This document shows positions 19,208-30,330 of a stretch of 64,000 bases of DNA, piece after piece. The DNA is from Psychrobacillus sp. (lineage in GTDB: Bacteria > Bacillota > Bacilli > Bacillales_A > Planococcaceae): NCBI RefSeq assembly GCF_032154225.1, contig NZ_JALDYF010000017.1, forward strand, positions 23,394 through 87,393, read 5' to 3'. The notes below the pieces were generated by a model that did no database searches, was not told where the DNA came from, and worked only from the letters and a program-made list of their open reading frames with translations. Positions within the stretch are counted from its first letter, which is position 1. Each line of letters opens with the position of its first letter. The position numbers were made by a program, and so were the translations under genes.

Positions 19208-20365
19208 CTATTCCGAATTATGTTCGTTCCTGGCACCAAAGTTTTTTCTATATACAAACTTTCGAAGCGCCCATTCTACTGGACCCATCGAAAAACGTTG
19301 TCCATACCAATTTGCCAGTAACAATTGCAGCGAATACACAACAACTGCAATCACAAGTCCAAGGGCAACACCTAATTCTCCAAAGAAGCCTAAACCGTAG
19401 CCATAAAAAATTGTCGTACAAATAATCGACTGCATTAAATAATTTGTTAACGACAAGCGACCAAGATTTACGAACGCTTGCGAGATTTTGTTTTCTTTCA
19501 CGGAAATAAAAACTAACGTAAAGGCTGCGATATAACCTATCGCTAACATATATGTCCCCACAGAATAAAGTAATTCCCCGACAAAATGATCCATGTCTAA
19601 TAATGCTTTGCATAATAAGCCTACAGGAATAAGCAATGAAAGTCGTTTTAACAGATCCATTTTTTCTCCAATGCGTTTAAAGAAATCTACTTTAGCAGCA
19701 GCCATCCCTAACAATACTAGCGGACCCATAGCAAAAAACGAAAAAATAGCCATGAATCCAAGCATTATTGGTAATACAATTACCATAAAGATTATAGATA
19801 GATCATCCGATATGCTAACACGTTGCTTCACAACCTCTAAATATGTACCATTCTTAAGAACATCCACCGTTTCCTTCATATCTGTTAAAATTATCGCCAG
19901 AAAATCTGTTTTCACTAATAAAATTGGCATCATACAAAGTGTCAAAACCACCGCCCATATGAGCATCGTTTTTACCTTACGTTTTATAAACAACATGAAA
20001 ATAAGTAGCCCAGAGCCATATGATAATAAAATATCACCATCCCAAACAAAGGTAATATGTAAACAACCTAATATTACTAAGCCAATTGCACGTCTCCACA
20101 AGGGACCTCTTGTACTCAATTCACGATTTTCCAATGAACGTGCAAATAAAATAATGCCATAACCAAATAAAAAGCCGAAAATCGGAACAAATGACCCTTC
20201 TACAAATATTTTGGTGAAATAATATGCCACCTTATCCCACCATATATCTGGTTGAACTGCATCCAACGAGACAAAATCATATTGAAAATACAGCATATTA
20301 GCTATTAAAATACCAAGCAACGAAAATCCTCTAAGTGCATCTAATATGTCAATTCTTTTCTTCAT
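19208..20365 (-). CDS. DUF418 (YeiB-like) polytopic membrane protein
   Basis: MKKRIDILDALRGFSLLGILIANMLYF N-terminus, many TM helices, and C-terminal GPVEWALRKFVY. Confidence 0.7.
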   Translation of the reverse strand: MKKRIDILDALRGFSLLGILIANMLYFQYDFVSLDAVQPDIWWDKVAYYFTKIFVEGSFVPIFGFLFGYGIILFARSLENRELSTRGPLWRRAIGLVILGCLHITFVWDGDILLSYGSGLLIFMLFIKRKVKTMLIWAVVLTLCMMPILLVKTDFLAIILTDMKETVDVLKNGTYLEVVKQRVSISDDLSIIFMVIVLPIMLGFMAIFSFFAMGPLVLLGMAAAKVDFFKRIGEKMDLLKRLSLLIPVGLLCKALLDMDHFVGELLYSVGTYMLAIGYIAAFTLVFISVKENKISQAFVNLGRLSLTNYLMQSIICTTIFYGYGLGFFGELGVALGLVIAVVVYSLQLLLANWYGQRFSMGPVEWALRKFVYRKNFGARNEHNSE

Positions 20366-21079
20366 CGTGTACCCCCTCTTGCTAAATGAAGGGATTAAAC
20401 CCTCACTTCTTTAGTTTATAATTAAATTTCCATAAAACCCAAAAACAACCTGATAGAATAAGAGTATTCTACCAGGTTGTTTTTATCAAGTTTTATTGAA
20501 GCTTTGAAATAAAGCTTCATCACAACTATCTCAAAACCCATATTCTACGATAAATAAAAAGAATTGGTCCGAGATTTTTCCTATACAACTTGTCCAGTTA
20601 CATTATAGTTGGTAACCACATGTTTCTCGTACTATTGTGGTTTTAACTTTATAATACGAAGTAATTTTATATTGATGATTAATTATTTCGGAAAGTGAAT
20701 AATCAAATATGTCACCTGTTTGATGAGTAAGAAAGATATGTTGTTAAAAAATCGCGCCCGTTTGCAGTATAAAGTTCCTGAAAGTGAAGCCCCAACACAT
20801 CAATAATTATCCAGCATTAAGCCTATTGAGATTTCAGTTCAATCTGAGCACGACTAAAGAATTTCTCTAATGAAATGTGTACAAACGTTCCTTCCTTTTT
20901 ATCTAATATATAAAAACGTCTATTTTATGTGCAACTAGAATAAAATGGTTATTTCCAGACAACTAAAAACTTTCATATGTGTAAGGCTACTGAAACTTAT
21001 TCCGATGGTATGAAGATGAGAATTTGATATCATTTATCAAGTATTAAAAAAACAAATAAAAAGAAAATGGAGGAAAATC

Positions 21080-21292
21080 ATGAAGAAACACATATTGGCT
21101 GTGACATCTGTAATTATAGGTTTACTTTGTTTGATCATTTCTAATATTATTGGAGCAAAAGTTGAACCAGATGGCACTTTGACAGAACCATTCTTTTTAC
21201 TGCCCATTGGTTATCTATTCATTTTTAGTGGTTTTATTTTATTAATAACAAGCATTATCAAAAAATCAATAAGAACCGTAAATCCGAATTAA
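21080..21292 (+). CDS. small two-TM membrane protein
   Basis: GGAGG RBS, two hydrophobic helices, and a terminator hairpin at about 21303-21335. Confidence 0.55.
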   Translation: MKKHILAVTSVIIGLLCLIISNIIGAKVEPDGTLTEPFFLLPIGYLFIFSGFILLITSIIKKSIRTVNPN

Positions 21293-21994
21293 AAGGTAAG
21301 ATAGTAAGCGACCAACTCTTGAGAAGGTCGCTTTACTACCTTAGACTAAAATACCTCACTGCTTCAACAGAAAAGGCGTAATTTCATGAGATTCTGCGAA
21401 GGGATCTCACAACTATAAAATCCCCTTTTAAATGTAAATTTAAACTAGTAATATTTTCTTCGCAAATGTCGTAAATTATATTATATTTCACTTTAATTCC
21501 CCTAATTTCCTAGCAAGTGACAATAATGCACTCTACACATAGTACCAAATTACTTCTCTAAATGGATTCTTACTGTCCATAATTCCAAGAGCGATTGCTT
21601 CTTGACGAGCTTTTCCTATTTCAATTGCAAGACTAGCCGACCCTACATAAAAAGATAAATTTTAAATAATCTCTCTCTGTAACCCCCTCTCTTTCTTGCT
21701 TCTATATTCGACTGAATATTTACCACATCTTCTCTGTACAAATCTCCACTGATTTATCTTTTGCTTATCATAAATGTATAGCCTAATCCACATAATCCTA
21801 GAAACAGAAACCATCGTGAGGGCGGTAAAGTGTCTTAAATATAAGTTGTTGTTTATTGGTTATTTATACAATTTAGTCTCTTGACGATCGTACCTTTTCA
21901 TTAAGTATGGACTATTTGAATACGCCAAAGCCTTCGTTAATTTATCTTTAATTGCGAGTTTACCCTAAAACTGTACCCACAATGGGTCTGCAGT

Positions 21995-23128
21995 TCAAGT
22001 TTGAACTTTTTCATCATTATATATATTATTTTTTTCCGAATTTTTGATTTTACGTAATTTCGCAATAAAAAGTAATAGTAAGGGCAGAAAAATTGCAAAT
22101 ACTGATATATACAATGGCCAAGTCTCCTGATTGTATTTATCTGAGTGCACTATATTAGGATGGACAATTTGAGAAAGTGCACTTGTAATCATCCCTAGAG
22201 GTAGAATTAACGGCCTGTGATCTTTGATTTTAAATATTTGTCCTAAAGCCTTTACAGTTGCGTAAAAATAAATAAATGCTCTTACAAAAATTGTGACCAT
22301 CCACATAAAAGCCATAATAATTTCAATGCGTTGCAAGAAATCACCAATTGAAATTCCTTGAGCTAAAGTATAAGTAGGGAAAATTCTTAATGAAGTACTC
22401 GTTACTCCTAATACTAAAATAGATAATGCAATAATAATAGTTATAATTAATCCTCCTACTAGTGTGCCAATATATAATCCTTTTTGACCTGATTTAAGCA
22501 CATTTATAGCAGATGGAAAAATCATTAATAATACAACTAATGGAAATGAAAATAAACCCATGAAATGTATAACGCTGTATAGAAATGGTTGTGTTGAGAC
22601 TTCTAGGACTGGTTGTATATGTTTAATATCTATTTGTGGAGATACAAATAAGACAAAGATAATAAATATTAACAAAAAAACAGGAAATAGTATCTCTAAT
22701 GTACGCGCAAAAACCTCTAGTCCTAAATATGTTGCAAAAAGGATAACAAGGTTAAACAATACTGCGAATACAACTGAAGGCGTCTCTGGCATTACTTCTG
22801 TCTGTAGAAAATTACCAATAAAATATAGTAATTCCCCTGACGATAGCAATGTTAAGATCACAAATCCAATAGAAGCAAGTTTACCTATAAAACTCCCTAA
22901 GATTTTTTCTGTAACCTCTACAAAAGACAATGTAGACATCTTTTTCCCTAAAGTGATAAATAACTTTATTAATAGTAAGCTTAATAGCATACCTATAATA
23001 GCTACTATCCAGGCATCCTGTTTTACTTCTAGTGCTATGCTTGCTGGAATAATTAAGATACCTGTCCCTACAGTATAAAGAATTACAATTATTGTGAATT
23101 GACGTGAACTTATTAATTCTTTTTCCAT
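21995..23128 (-). CDS. spore germinant receptor B subunit (GerAB/GerKB family permease)
   Basis: ISSRQFTIIVILYTVGTGILIIP N-terminus, about 10 TM helices, in an operon with A and C subunits. Confidence 0.8.
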   Translation of the reverse strand: MEKELISSRQFTIIVILYTVGTGILIIPASIALEVKQDAWIVAIIGMLLSLLLIKLFITLGKKMSTLSFVEVTEKILGSFIGKLASIGFVILTLLSSGELLYFIGNFLQTEVMPETPSVVFAVLFNLVILFATYLGLEVFARTLEILFPVFLLIFIIFVLFVSPQIDIKHIQPVLEVSTQPFLYSVIHFMGLFSFPLVVLLMIFPSAINVLKSGQKGLYIGTLVGGLIITIIIALSILVLGVTSTSLRIFPTYTLAQGISIGDFLQRIEIIMAFMWMVTIFVRAFIYFYATVKALGQIFKIKDHRPLILPLGMITSALSQIVHPNIVHSDKYNQETWPLYISVFAIFLPLLLLFIAKLRKIKNSEKNNIYNDEKVQT

Positions 23129-23152
23129 ATTTCATCCTCTTTTTGGAGTTTT

Positions 23153-23392
23153 TTATTTCAATAATGTTGTTTTTAAAAAGTCACTAACTGGTTGAAAAAT
23201 ATACATTATTGCATCCAACGGGCTAACAATAAGAGCATCTAAACCTACAGCAATGTTTAAAGATATCCCAAATACTAATACAATCGAAAACGTCCAAATT
23301 AGTTTAGTGCCCCCTTGCTTTAATTTTGGTAGTTCTATTAAAACTATTAAAAATGCAATAATTAATACACATAAAGTGATGAACATTTTCAA
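23153..23392 (-). CDS. small membrane protein within the ger operon
   Basis: 79 aa with 3 hydrophobic helices, tightly packed between the C and B subunit genes. Confidence 0.45.
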   Translation of the reverse strand: MKMFITLCVLIIAFLIVLIELPKLKQGGTKLIWTFSIVLVFGISLNIAVGLDALIVSPLDAIMYIFQPVSDFLKTTLLK

Positions 23393-23393
23393 A

Positions 23394-24581
23394 TTACTCC
23401 CTTAATTTTGAGTTTTGCAAAGTTCCTAATCCCTGTGTTTTTACATTAACCTTAACATTTACCTCTATTTCAGGATAAATGGTTTCCCAAGCACCCTTTA
23501 TTTCCTTCCACTCTTTAGGATCAGCTCGGTGGATTGCTTCACCGAAACCAAGTACATCTGCTTTGTAATTTTTTTGAATTGTATTCAGCACCTGTTTTAT
23601 ATTCTTTTCAATTAATTCTTCCGTCTGATTATCAATCCATTCAATAGTCTTTGTTTCGGTTAAATCAATATCACATTTGACCTCAGCAACATTTTGAACA
23701 ACATCAATGCTAACATTTATGATAGGTTTGCCGTCGTTTGTAAGTCCTTTTATTTTAGTTTTTGACTGAGTTACTTCCGTAGACAACTGGCCTTCTGATG
23801 GACATGAGATAATTTCAATTGTAGATTTAATTTTATTGTTTAGATAATTAAAACTTTTACTTTCATATTCATTGAGATAGCCTAATAGTTTGTCTTCTTG
23901 AAAAATAGCTAGCCCAGTAAACTTTAATATTACTGGGGTTTCTATTCTTTCAACGTTTGTCGGATCAATCCCTAATCTTTTATCTCCGTTAATTTCTATT
24001 GCTGATAGAACATAATACTGGCCTTTAGCACTTAACTTTGTAAGTAATTCTTCAATACCAACTTCTAAAGTGGAACCCCACGCTTCTTGCATAGCTTTTA
24101 AAGAATTCAACATTTTATTTGCAGGAATTTTTTCTATAGGAGTTAATACATTTAATACATCTTTTGCAGTTGCTTGCTGAGATACGATAAAAGTAAAATC
24201 ATTACGTATCTCTTGATCTCTTGCTAGAAAATCAACGGTATCTTTTAATCCGTTACTTGCCAATTCTTCTCCAATAACAATCAGTTGTAAATGTGCAAAA
24301 TATAGCTTTCTTGGAGATGATGCTAATATTTTTCTAACAGCTTCAAAAACGGTTTTTCCTTTAGCATGATAAGTGACAACTGGTGCTTGTCCATCTGCAG
24401 ATTGTTTGGACGAAATTTGACTAGGATTAATTACTTGTACAGAAATGGCGTATTCACCATCAATTAAGTCTATACCTAGTGCTGCAACAAGCGCTAATTC
24501 ATTTAACTCCCGTTTACTCCAACATCCGCTTAAAATTTGAATCAAAAAGATGATTAAAATAACAGTTATTATTTTTTTCAT
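23394..24581 (-). CDS. spore germinant receptor C subunit lipoprotein (Ger(x)C family)
   Basis: Lipobox LSGCWSKRELNELALVAALGID, typical of GerAC-type proteins. Confidence 0.85.
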   Translation of the reverse strand: MKKIITVILIIFLIQILSGCWSKRELNELALVAALGIDLIDGEYAISVQVINPSQISSKQSADGQAPVVTYHAKGKTVFEAVRKILASSPRKLYFAHLQLIVIGEELASNGLKDTVDFLARDQEIRNDFTFIVSQQATAKDVLNVLTPIEKIPANKMLNSLKAMQEAWGSTLEVGIEELLTKLSAKGQYYVLSAIEINGDKRLGIDPTNVERIETPVILKFTGLAIFQEDKLLGYLNEYESKSFNYLNNKIKSTIEIISCPSEGQLSTEVTQSKTKIKGLTNDGKPIINVSIDVVQNVAEVKCDIDLTETKTIEWIDNQTEELIEKNIKQVLNTIQKNYKADVLGFGEAIHRADPKEWKEIKGAWETIYPEIEVNVKVNVKTQGLGTLQNSKLRE

Positions 24582-24603
24582 ATAGATACCTCATTTTTAA
24601 CAG

Positions 24604-26154
24604 TTATTGAGCATGTCTTTTTTTATTTGTTAAATGTTTTTGTCCTCTCACATTATTTATTTGACTGATTAATCGTGGACGAGTTAACAAAGATCCACGA
24701 GGAAATAAAAGGAGCGCATCTTTTTGATCCTCTGGAATTAACGGTGCGAAAGGACTCATATAAGGGACGCCAAAGGAGCGCAAACTACATAAATGCAGGA
24801 CAAGAAACATTAGTCCTATAAATACACCAAATAAACCAAACATAGCAGCTAATATCATTAGTGGAAATCGTAAAATACGTATTGAATTAGATAAACCATA
24901 TGCCGGAAAAAGAAAGCTACAAATTGCTGTTAGTGCTACAATAATGACCATTGCTGCTGAAACAATACCTGCTTCGACAGCAGCCTGCCCAACTATCAAT
25001 GTACCTACAATTGAAATGGCTGGCCCAATCATTCTTGGCATCCGAAGTCCAGCTTCTCTTAGCACCTCAAATGCAACCTCCATAATCAGTGCCTCAATAA
25101 ATGCTGGAAATGGTACACCTTCACGCTGTGCATAAATACTAATGAGTAGCGCTGTTGGTATCATCTCATGATGAAAAGTTGTGAGTGAAATATAGAGAGC
25201 AGGTGCAACTAAAGCAAGGCTTATCCCTAAAAACCTAATGATGCGAATAAACGAACTGACAATAGCATTTTGGTAGTAATCTTCTGCAGATTGCAAAAAA
25301 GAAGTAAATAGTGCAGGGACAATTAAAACAAAAGGGGTACCATCTACTAAAATAGCGATTTTGCCTTCTAATAATTCTCCTGCAATAACATCAGGACGTT
25401 CTGAATTATAAACTGTAGGGAATAATGAAAATCCTGTGTCTTGAATCATTTGCTCGATGTAGCCACTTTCCAAAATGCCATCAATGTCAATGAGATCTAA
25501 TCGATCAAATACTTCTTGAACAATCTTCTCATTTGCTATGCCATTGATATACATAACTGCTATATCTGTTTGTGTCACTTCACCAACTATTCGCGACTTT
25601 ACCCAAAGATTTGGACTTTTAATCTTACGTCGAATTAAAGCAGTATTGGTACGCAAAGTCTCCGTAAAAGATTCCCTTGGTCCTCTAATAACAGATTCCG
25701 TTGCAGGTTCTGTAATTGCTCTGTCTTTAGAACTTTTTGTACTTGTGGCAATTCCTTTTGCTAGGCCATCTAGCAATATTATGGTATCCCCGTTTAAAAC
25801 AGCACTATACAAGGAGGTGAAATCTCCTATATCTTTAACATGACCAACCGTTAGACAGTAATCTTTTAAATATTGATTTATTTCAAATATTGTCGTTTCA
25901 GGTGTCTCCTTTAAGTCTGATATAAGAGGTTCTACGATAAAGTCTGAAATGGCCGTACTATCTGCTAAACCGTCAGTGTGAATAATTGCAATAGACCGTT
26001 TCTTTAACTTTCCAATTAAAGTCTCCCGTATAATAATGTCATTACTGTTTCCAAAAGCTTCTTTTATGGTAATAAGACTTTTTGACAGTGATGTGTTTAG
26101 AAGTATTTTTTGAACATCCTGCTGAGGTGTATTATTACTCTCTAAATCATTCAC
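24604..26154 (-). CDS. spore germinant receptor A subunit (GerA family)
   Basis: SERPDVIAGELLEGKIAILVDGTPFVLIVPALF and the C-terminal TM block are typical of GerAA-type proteins. Confidence 0.85.
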   Translation of the reverse strand: MNDLESNNTPQQDVQKILLNTSLSKSLITIKEAFGNSNDIIIRETLIGKLKKRSIAIIHTDGLADSTAISDFIVEPLISDLKETPETTIFEINQYLKDYCLTVGHVKDIGDFTSLYSAVLNGDTIILLDGLAKGIATSTKSSKDRAITEPATESVIRGPRESFTETLRTNTALIRRKIKSPNLWVKSRIVGEVTQTDIAVMYINGIANEKIVQEVFDRLDLIDIDGILESGYIEQMIQDTGFSLFPTVYNSERPDVIAGELLEGKIAILVDGTPFVLIVPALFTSFLQSAEDYYQNAIVSSFIRIIRFLGISLALVAPALYISLTTFHHEMIPTALLISIYAQREGVPFPAFIEALIMEVAFEVLREAGLRMPRMIGPAISIVGTLIVGQAAVEAGIVSAAMVIIVALTAICSFLFPAYGLSNSIRILRFPLMILAAMFGLFGVFIGLMFLVLHLCSLRSFGVPYMSPFAPLIPEDQKDALLLFPRGSLLTRPRLISQINNVRGQKHLTNKKRHAQ

Positions 26155-26592
26155 TCTAGTTTCCTCCTCCGTAAGTTTCTTAAACTATTAAGAGGATGTA
26201 CAATTATATAAGAAACTAAACATAATATTTATTTAAGAGGAAAAAGTCTTTCATTATATTGATAGTATTGCAAGAAGGACTGTTAAAACTGAATAAAATA
26301 TTTCAGATATATTCAAGAATGGTTATTTGTAGAGGCTGTTTGGGGATTAGATAAATAAAAATTTACTAATTATAAGTAGTCGTTCAATAAGTTCGACGTG
26401 AGATTGAGGTTATTTAGATCACACGTGAATAATTCAAGTTTATAATTAATTCATGGAAAAGAAACAGGTGTCTTCCAATTGAAGATGCCTGTTTAACGTG
26501 TTAAAGTACGTGATATTTAATGATTAAACTACTGATTTTGAAACAAGCAGAAAATGAAACCAAATATTTTTTGAAATAGGATTGACTTTTCA

Positions 26593-26638
26593 TTCTGCAA
26601 ATGTAGAATGAAAATATATAAATTCTACAAATGTAGAA
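26593..26638 (+). promoter_or_regulatory. two BlaI/MecI-type operator palindromes
   Basis: TTCTGCA-AA-TGTAGAA (26593-26608) and TTCTACA-AA-TGTAGAA (26623-26638) have TACA/TGTA cores and sit 30 bp apart, just upstream of the blaI-like gene. Confidence 0.6.
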
Positions 26639-26654
26639 TGAAAGGAGGAACACG

Positions 26655-27038
26655 ATGAAAAGATTACCAGATTCAGAGTTGGAAATCATGTTAATTATTT
26701 GGGAGGCAAATGAGGGGGTAACACGCAGCTATATCCAAGAGCAACTAGAAGGATCCAAAGTCCTTGCACCTACAACGATTCTTTCATTTCTTTCAAGATT
26801 AACAACGAAAGGGTTTTTGAGGATTGAAAAAGAGGGGAAAACCAATCTTTACTACCACCTTGTCAGTCAAGAAAACTATGCAAACAAGGAAAGTAAGAAG
26901 ATCTTGGAGAGATTCTTTGGGAATTCCGTGAAAGATTTTGTTGTTCAATTGAATGATAGTAAGGCTGTAGATGAAGAAGAAATTCAAGAATTAAGAGAGT
27001 TTCTAGACAGCTTATCCACGGAGAATCAAAAACAATGA
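26655..27038 (+). CDS. BlaI/MecI/CopY-family transcriptional repressor
   Basis: LPDSELEIMLIIWEANEGVTRSYI...TTILSFLSRLTTKGFL wHTH. Overlaps the downstream M56 gene. Confidence 0.8.
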   Translation: MKRLPDSELEIMLIIWEANEGVTRSYIQEQLEGSKVLAPTTILSFLSRLTTKGFLRIEKEGKTNLYYHLVSQENYANKESKKILERFFGNSVKDFVVQLNDSKAVDEEEIQELREFLDSLSTENQKQ

Positions 27039-28648
27039 TTCAAAAAATGTTTGTGAATATGTTGGAGGTATCCATAATTGTCTCAGCTATCATTTTAGCC
27101 GTCTGCATATTATCACCACTTTTGGATAAAAAGTATATTGCTAAATGGAAGTATATTGTATGGCTCGGAATAACAGTTCGTCTATTAGTTCCGATACCGA
27201 TTACATTTCCAGATGCTCCTATACAAATTGACCCTGCACAAGTCATACAAAAGTCCAGTAACTGGCAAGCGAATTTATTCTCAAACCAGCTAATGAATGA
27301 GGAATTCACAACGGGAAGCGTAGTTGCAAAACAGGATAGTTTCTTTTCAGATCTATCAGTGTTCAACGCAGCAGTTGGAATTTGGCTAGTTGGAACTGTT
27401 GTATTTTCTGTGTACCACTTATTCGGCTATTTTAATTTTACGAGAAACAGTAAACGGTGGTCATTGGCGCGGACTCCAGATCAAGAAAAATTGTTTGCCC
27501 AAGTAAAGGCTGAAATGGGGATACAGAGAAATGTCTCATTACGCCGTTCAAAGATCGTGAAAAGTCCGATGATGTATGGAATTATTCACCCAACAGTAAT
27601 TATCCCGCATACTGAGTACTCGGAAACGGATTTATACTTAATTTTAAAGCATGAATTGACACACTATAAACGACACGATATTGAATTAAAATTCGTATTG
27701 TTTTTAGTAAGGTCGTTCTATTGGTTTAATCCGTTTGTACACCTAATGTCAAAGAAATTCAATGAGACCATTGAGCTGATTTGTGACGAGTATGTAATAA
27801 GAGGAAAAGATAGTAGTTATAAAAAAAGATATATGGAAACCATTTTACATTCAGTTGAGCAACAAACAGGTAGATCGAGCATCTTCACATCAAATTATAG
27901 TGGGGGGTTAAAAGTAGTGAAAAAAAGATTTCAGAACATCTCATTTAATGGAAGTAAAAAGAAAGGCATTGTCGCATTGGCAGCATTTACAATTGTTTGC
28001 GTAGCATCAAGTTCTCTCGTAGTATTCGGAGCTAGTGCAGGGGATGGGAATGCGAAAAAAGTGATTGAAGAAACTCAAACAACTCCTCATAAAGAAGTCA
28101 TGGACTCGATGTCCGGAGTAGTTGGAACACAAGTTCCATCAGAAAAAATTGTCGGTGTTCTGGCAGAATCGGAGCGGAATACGAAGTTAGAAAAAATAAT
28201 TATCGAATACTTCGAAATTCCATTGGAATACTTGAAAACGACGAAATACTACTATAACTACGTAGATTTAGATGAGGATGGGAAAGACGAAATCCTTACC
28301 GTTGTAATGGGACCTTATTCAAGTGGATCTGGAGGAAGTACTGCACTATATGTAACAAAAACTGATAGCGGTGATCTGCTAGTGAACCAGGCACTTACGC
28401 TCATTCAAACTCCAGTTATTATAAGTGATAACGTCACAAACGGATACAAGGAAATCGTAGTGATGAATAGCGGCGGTGGAGCGTCTGGAAACTATATTAC
28501 GCTTACTGTAAGCGAAGGAAAGTATAACAGTGTAAATGATGGTACTCCAATCGATGGGTTAGAAGGTATTTCCGGAAAGGCAATCATTAACAATGATATA
28601 GCGAAAGAAATGGAAGAAGGCAAAGCATTGTACCTGCAAGACAAGTAA
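27035..28648 (+). CDS. BlaR1/MecR1-like M56 metallopeptidase membrane sensor with non-PBP C-terminal domain
   Basis: HELTHYKRHD zinc motif after 3-4 TM helices. The C-terminal roughly 200 aa has no SxxK transpeptidase motif. Confidence 0.7.
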   Translation: MIQKMFVNMLEVSIIVSAIILAVCILSPLLDKKYIAKWKYIVWLGITVRLLVPIPITFPDAPIQIDPAQVIQKSSNWQANLFSNQLMNEEFTTGSVVAKQDSFFSDLSVFNAAVGIWLVGTVVFSVYHLFGYFNFTRNSKRWSLARTPDQEKLFAQVKAEMGIQRNVSLRRSKIVKSPMMYGIIHPTVIIPHTEYSETDLYLILKHELTHYKRHDIELKFVLFLVRSFYWFNPFVHLMSKKFNETIELICDEYVIRGKDSSYKKRYMETILHSVEQQTGRSSIFTSNYSGGLKVVKKRFQNISFNGSKKKGIVALAAFTIVCVASSSLVVFGASAGDGNAKKVIEETQTTPHKEVMDSMSGVVGTQVPSEKIVGVLAESERNTKLEKIIIEYFEIPLEYLKTTKYYYNYVDLDEDGKDEILTVVMGPYSSGSGGSTALYVTKTDSGDLLVNQALTLIQTPVIISDNVTNGYKEIVVMNSGGGASGNYITLTVSEGKYNSVNDGTPIDGLEGISGKAIINNDIAKEMEEGKALYLQDK

Positions 28649-28900
28649 CTATATTGGTGAATTTCATAATTCTCTGCTTGTTACACGAGAAGGTCACATT
28701 TGAGCTCCCTTTGGTTATTTTGAGTCATGTTTTAATATGTGATGCATAATACTTCACTTACTATTTTCTATCAGCAGCAGATATCTGAAACTGTCTGCTG
28801 CTGCCCTTACCCTAACTGAGAGTCACTTTACTTACATAAGAACACTACCTATACTTTCATACTTGACGTTCATACAACATGACAGGAGGATTAGTTTCGC

Positions 28901-29752
28901 ATGAAAACACCAAAATTTGAAACTCGGAAAAAAAGAAAAAGATTAAAAATGCGCTATTTAGTCATTCTGTTCGTCTTTCTCTTTGCTGCTGGATTTTTTG
29001 TGGGAAAAACACATTCTGCTTCTGTACCCCCAAGCACGCCTGAACCAACGGAAAAAGGTGATATCCTCATTCCTAAACTCGGGCCACCGATTGCTATAGA
29101 TCCTGTTGTAGAAGAACCCATTACAGAAGAGAAGTCGGAAGGAAAGGTCGTCTATTTAACATTCGATGATGGTCCAAGCGAGTTAACCGGCCAATTTCTA
29201 GATACCTTGAGTGAAACTGATGTATTAGCCACGTTCTTTATGCAAGGAAGCAATTTAAAGAAAGAACACCTTCAAGAAAATGTGAAACGGGCTGTAAAAG
29301 AAGGCCATTACGTCGGTGGCCATAGCATGACGCACAATTTCAAAAGCTTATATAGTGACCGTCAATTCGTCCCCGAGATGAAAGAAACACTTGCCTTGAT
29401 AAATGAAATTACAGGTACGAATCCTCATTTAGTGCGCCCCCCTTATGGATCTGCACCCGGTTTGAAAAACGAGAAAATTCGACATCAACTTGCAGAAGCA
29501 GGGATAAAGGTTTGGGATTGGACCATCGATTCGAATGATTGGAAGCTACCTGGAAATCCTACTCAAATCATCGAAAACATAAATCGTGGTACAACTACCG
29601 ATCGAGAAATCGTACTGATGCACGAAAAACCGCAAACCTTGGCGGCACTACCAGAAATCATTCAATTCTACAGGGAGCAAGGATTCGAATTCGCCGTCTA
29701 TAACGATGTACATCACTTTGTTCTCAATTTCCAGAACGACGTTGACCTTTAA
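28901..29752 (+). CDS. polysaccharide deacetylase (NodB homology domain), membrane anchored
   Basis: VYLTFDDGPSE, HSMTH and RPPYG motifs with an N-terminal TM anchor. Confidence 0.85.
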   Translation: MKTPKFETRKKRKRLKMRYLVILFVFLFAAGFFVGKTHSASVPPSTPEPTEKGDILIPKLGPPIAIDPVVEEPITEEKSEGKVVYLTFDDGPSELTGQFLDTLSETDVLATFFMQGSNLKKEHLQENVKRAVKEGHYVGGHSMTHNFKSLYSDRQFVPEMKETLALINEITGTNPHLVRPPYGSAPGLKNEKIRHQLAEAGIKVWDWTIDSNDWKLPGNPTQIIENINRGTTTDREIVLMHEKPQTLAALPEIIQFYREQGFEFAVYNDVHHFVLNFQNDVDL

Positions 29753-30330
29753 ACGTTTATTGGTTAACCCTTAGTGATTGGACATCCTACTATAAAAGCA
29801 GAAGTTTACAAATGGAAGCCACTGAAAAAGACCATTCAAATCAAATTAAAATAAGGCGATGTTGATTCACTCTTCAGGCGGACGCTTCTTACCTCAAGTC
29901 CAGGAGTTTTTTATCTTGTACGTTTAAATCACTGGTTACTTTATTAACACCACTTCAAAGAGTATTTTTAGATAGAGACCCCATTTGATTAGCATCTCTA
30001 GCAACAATGCAATATATGGATTCATTTTCATATGGAATACGGGAAATATCCCAACATGTATGAACCTCCTTTATTAATTAAAATCTTTATTTATCAGAAT
30101 AATAATAAAAAGTATTCAAGAGAAAGACACTCTTAAATACGATTTACGCAACTTCCGAAGTTAGTATACACCTTTATTGTTATTTCACAGTTTTTTGTAA
30201 GTTTGAATAAAGTTTAAGTAAAAATATTGGCCCCCCCCTATTTAGCAGCTAAAGAAAAGAAACCACTTTGAAAAAGATTGATCAAAGTGGTTTCTTTTTT
30301 TATCAACGAGTTTGCTGTTGATTGGATACT

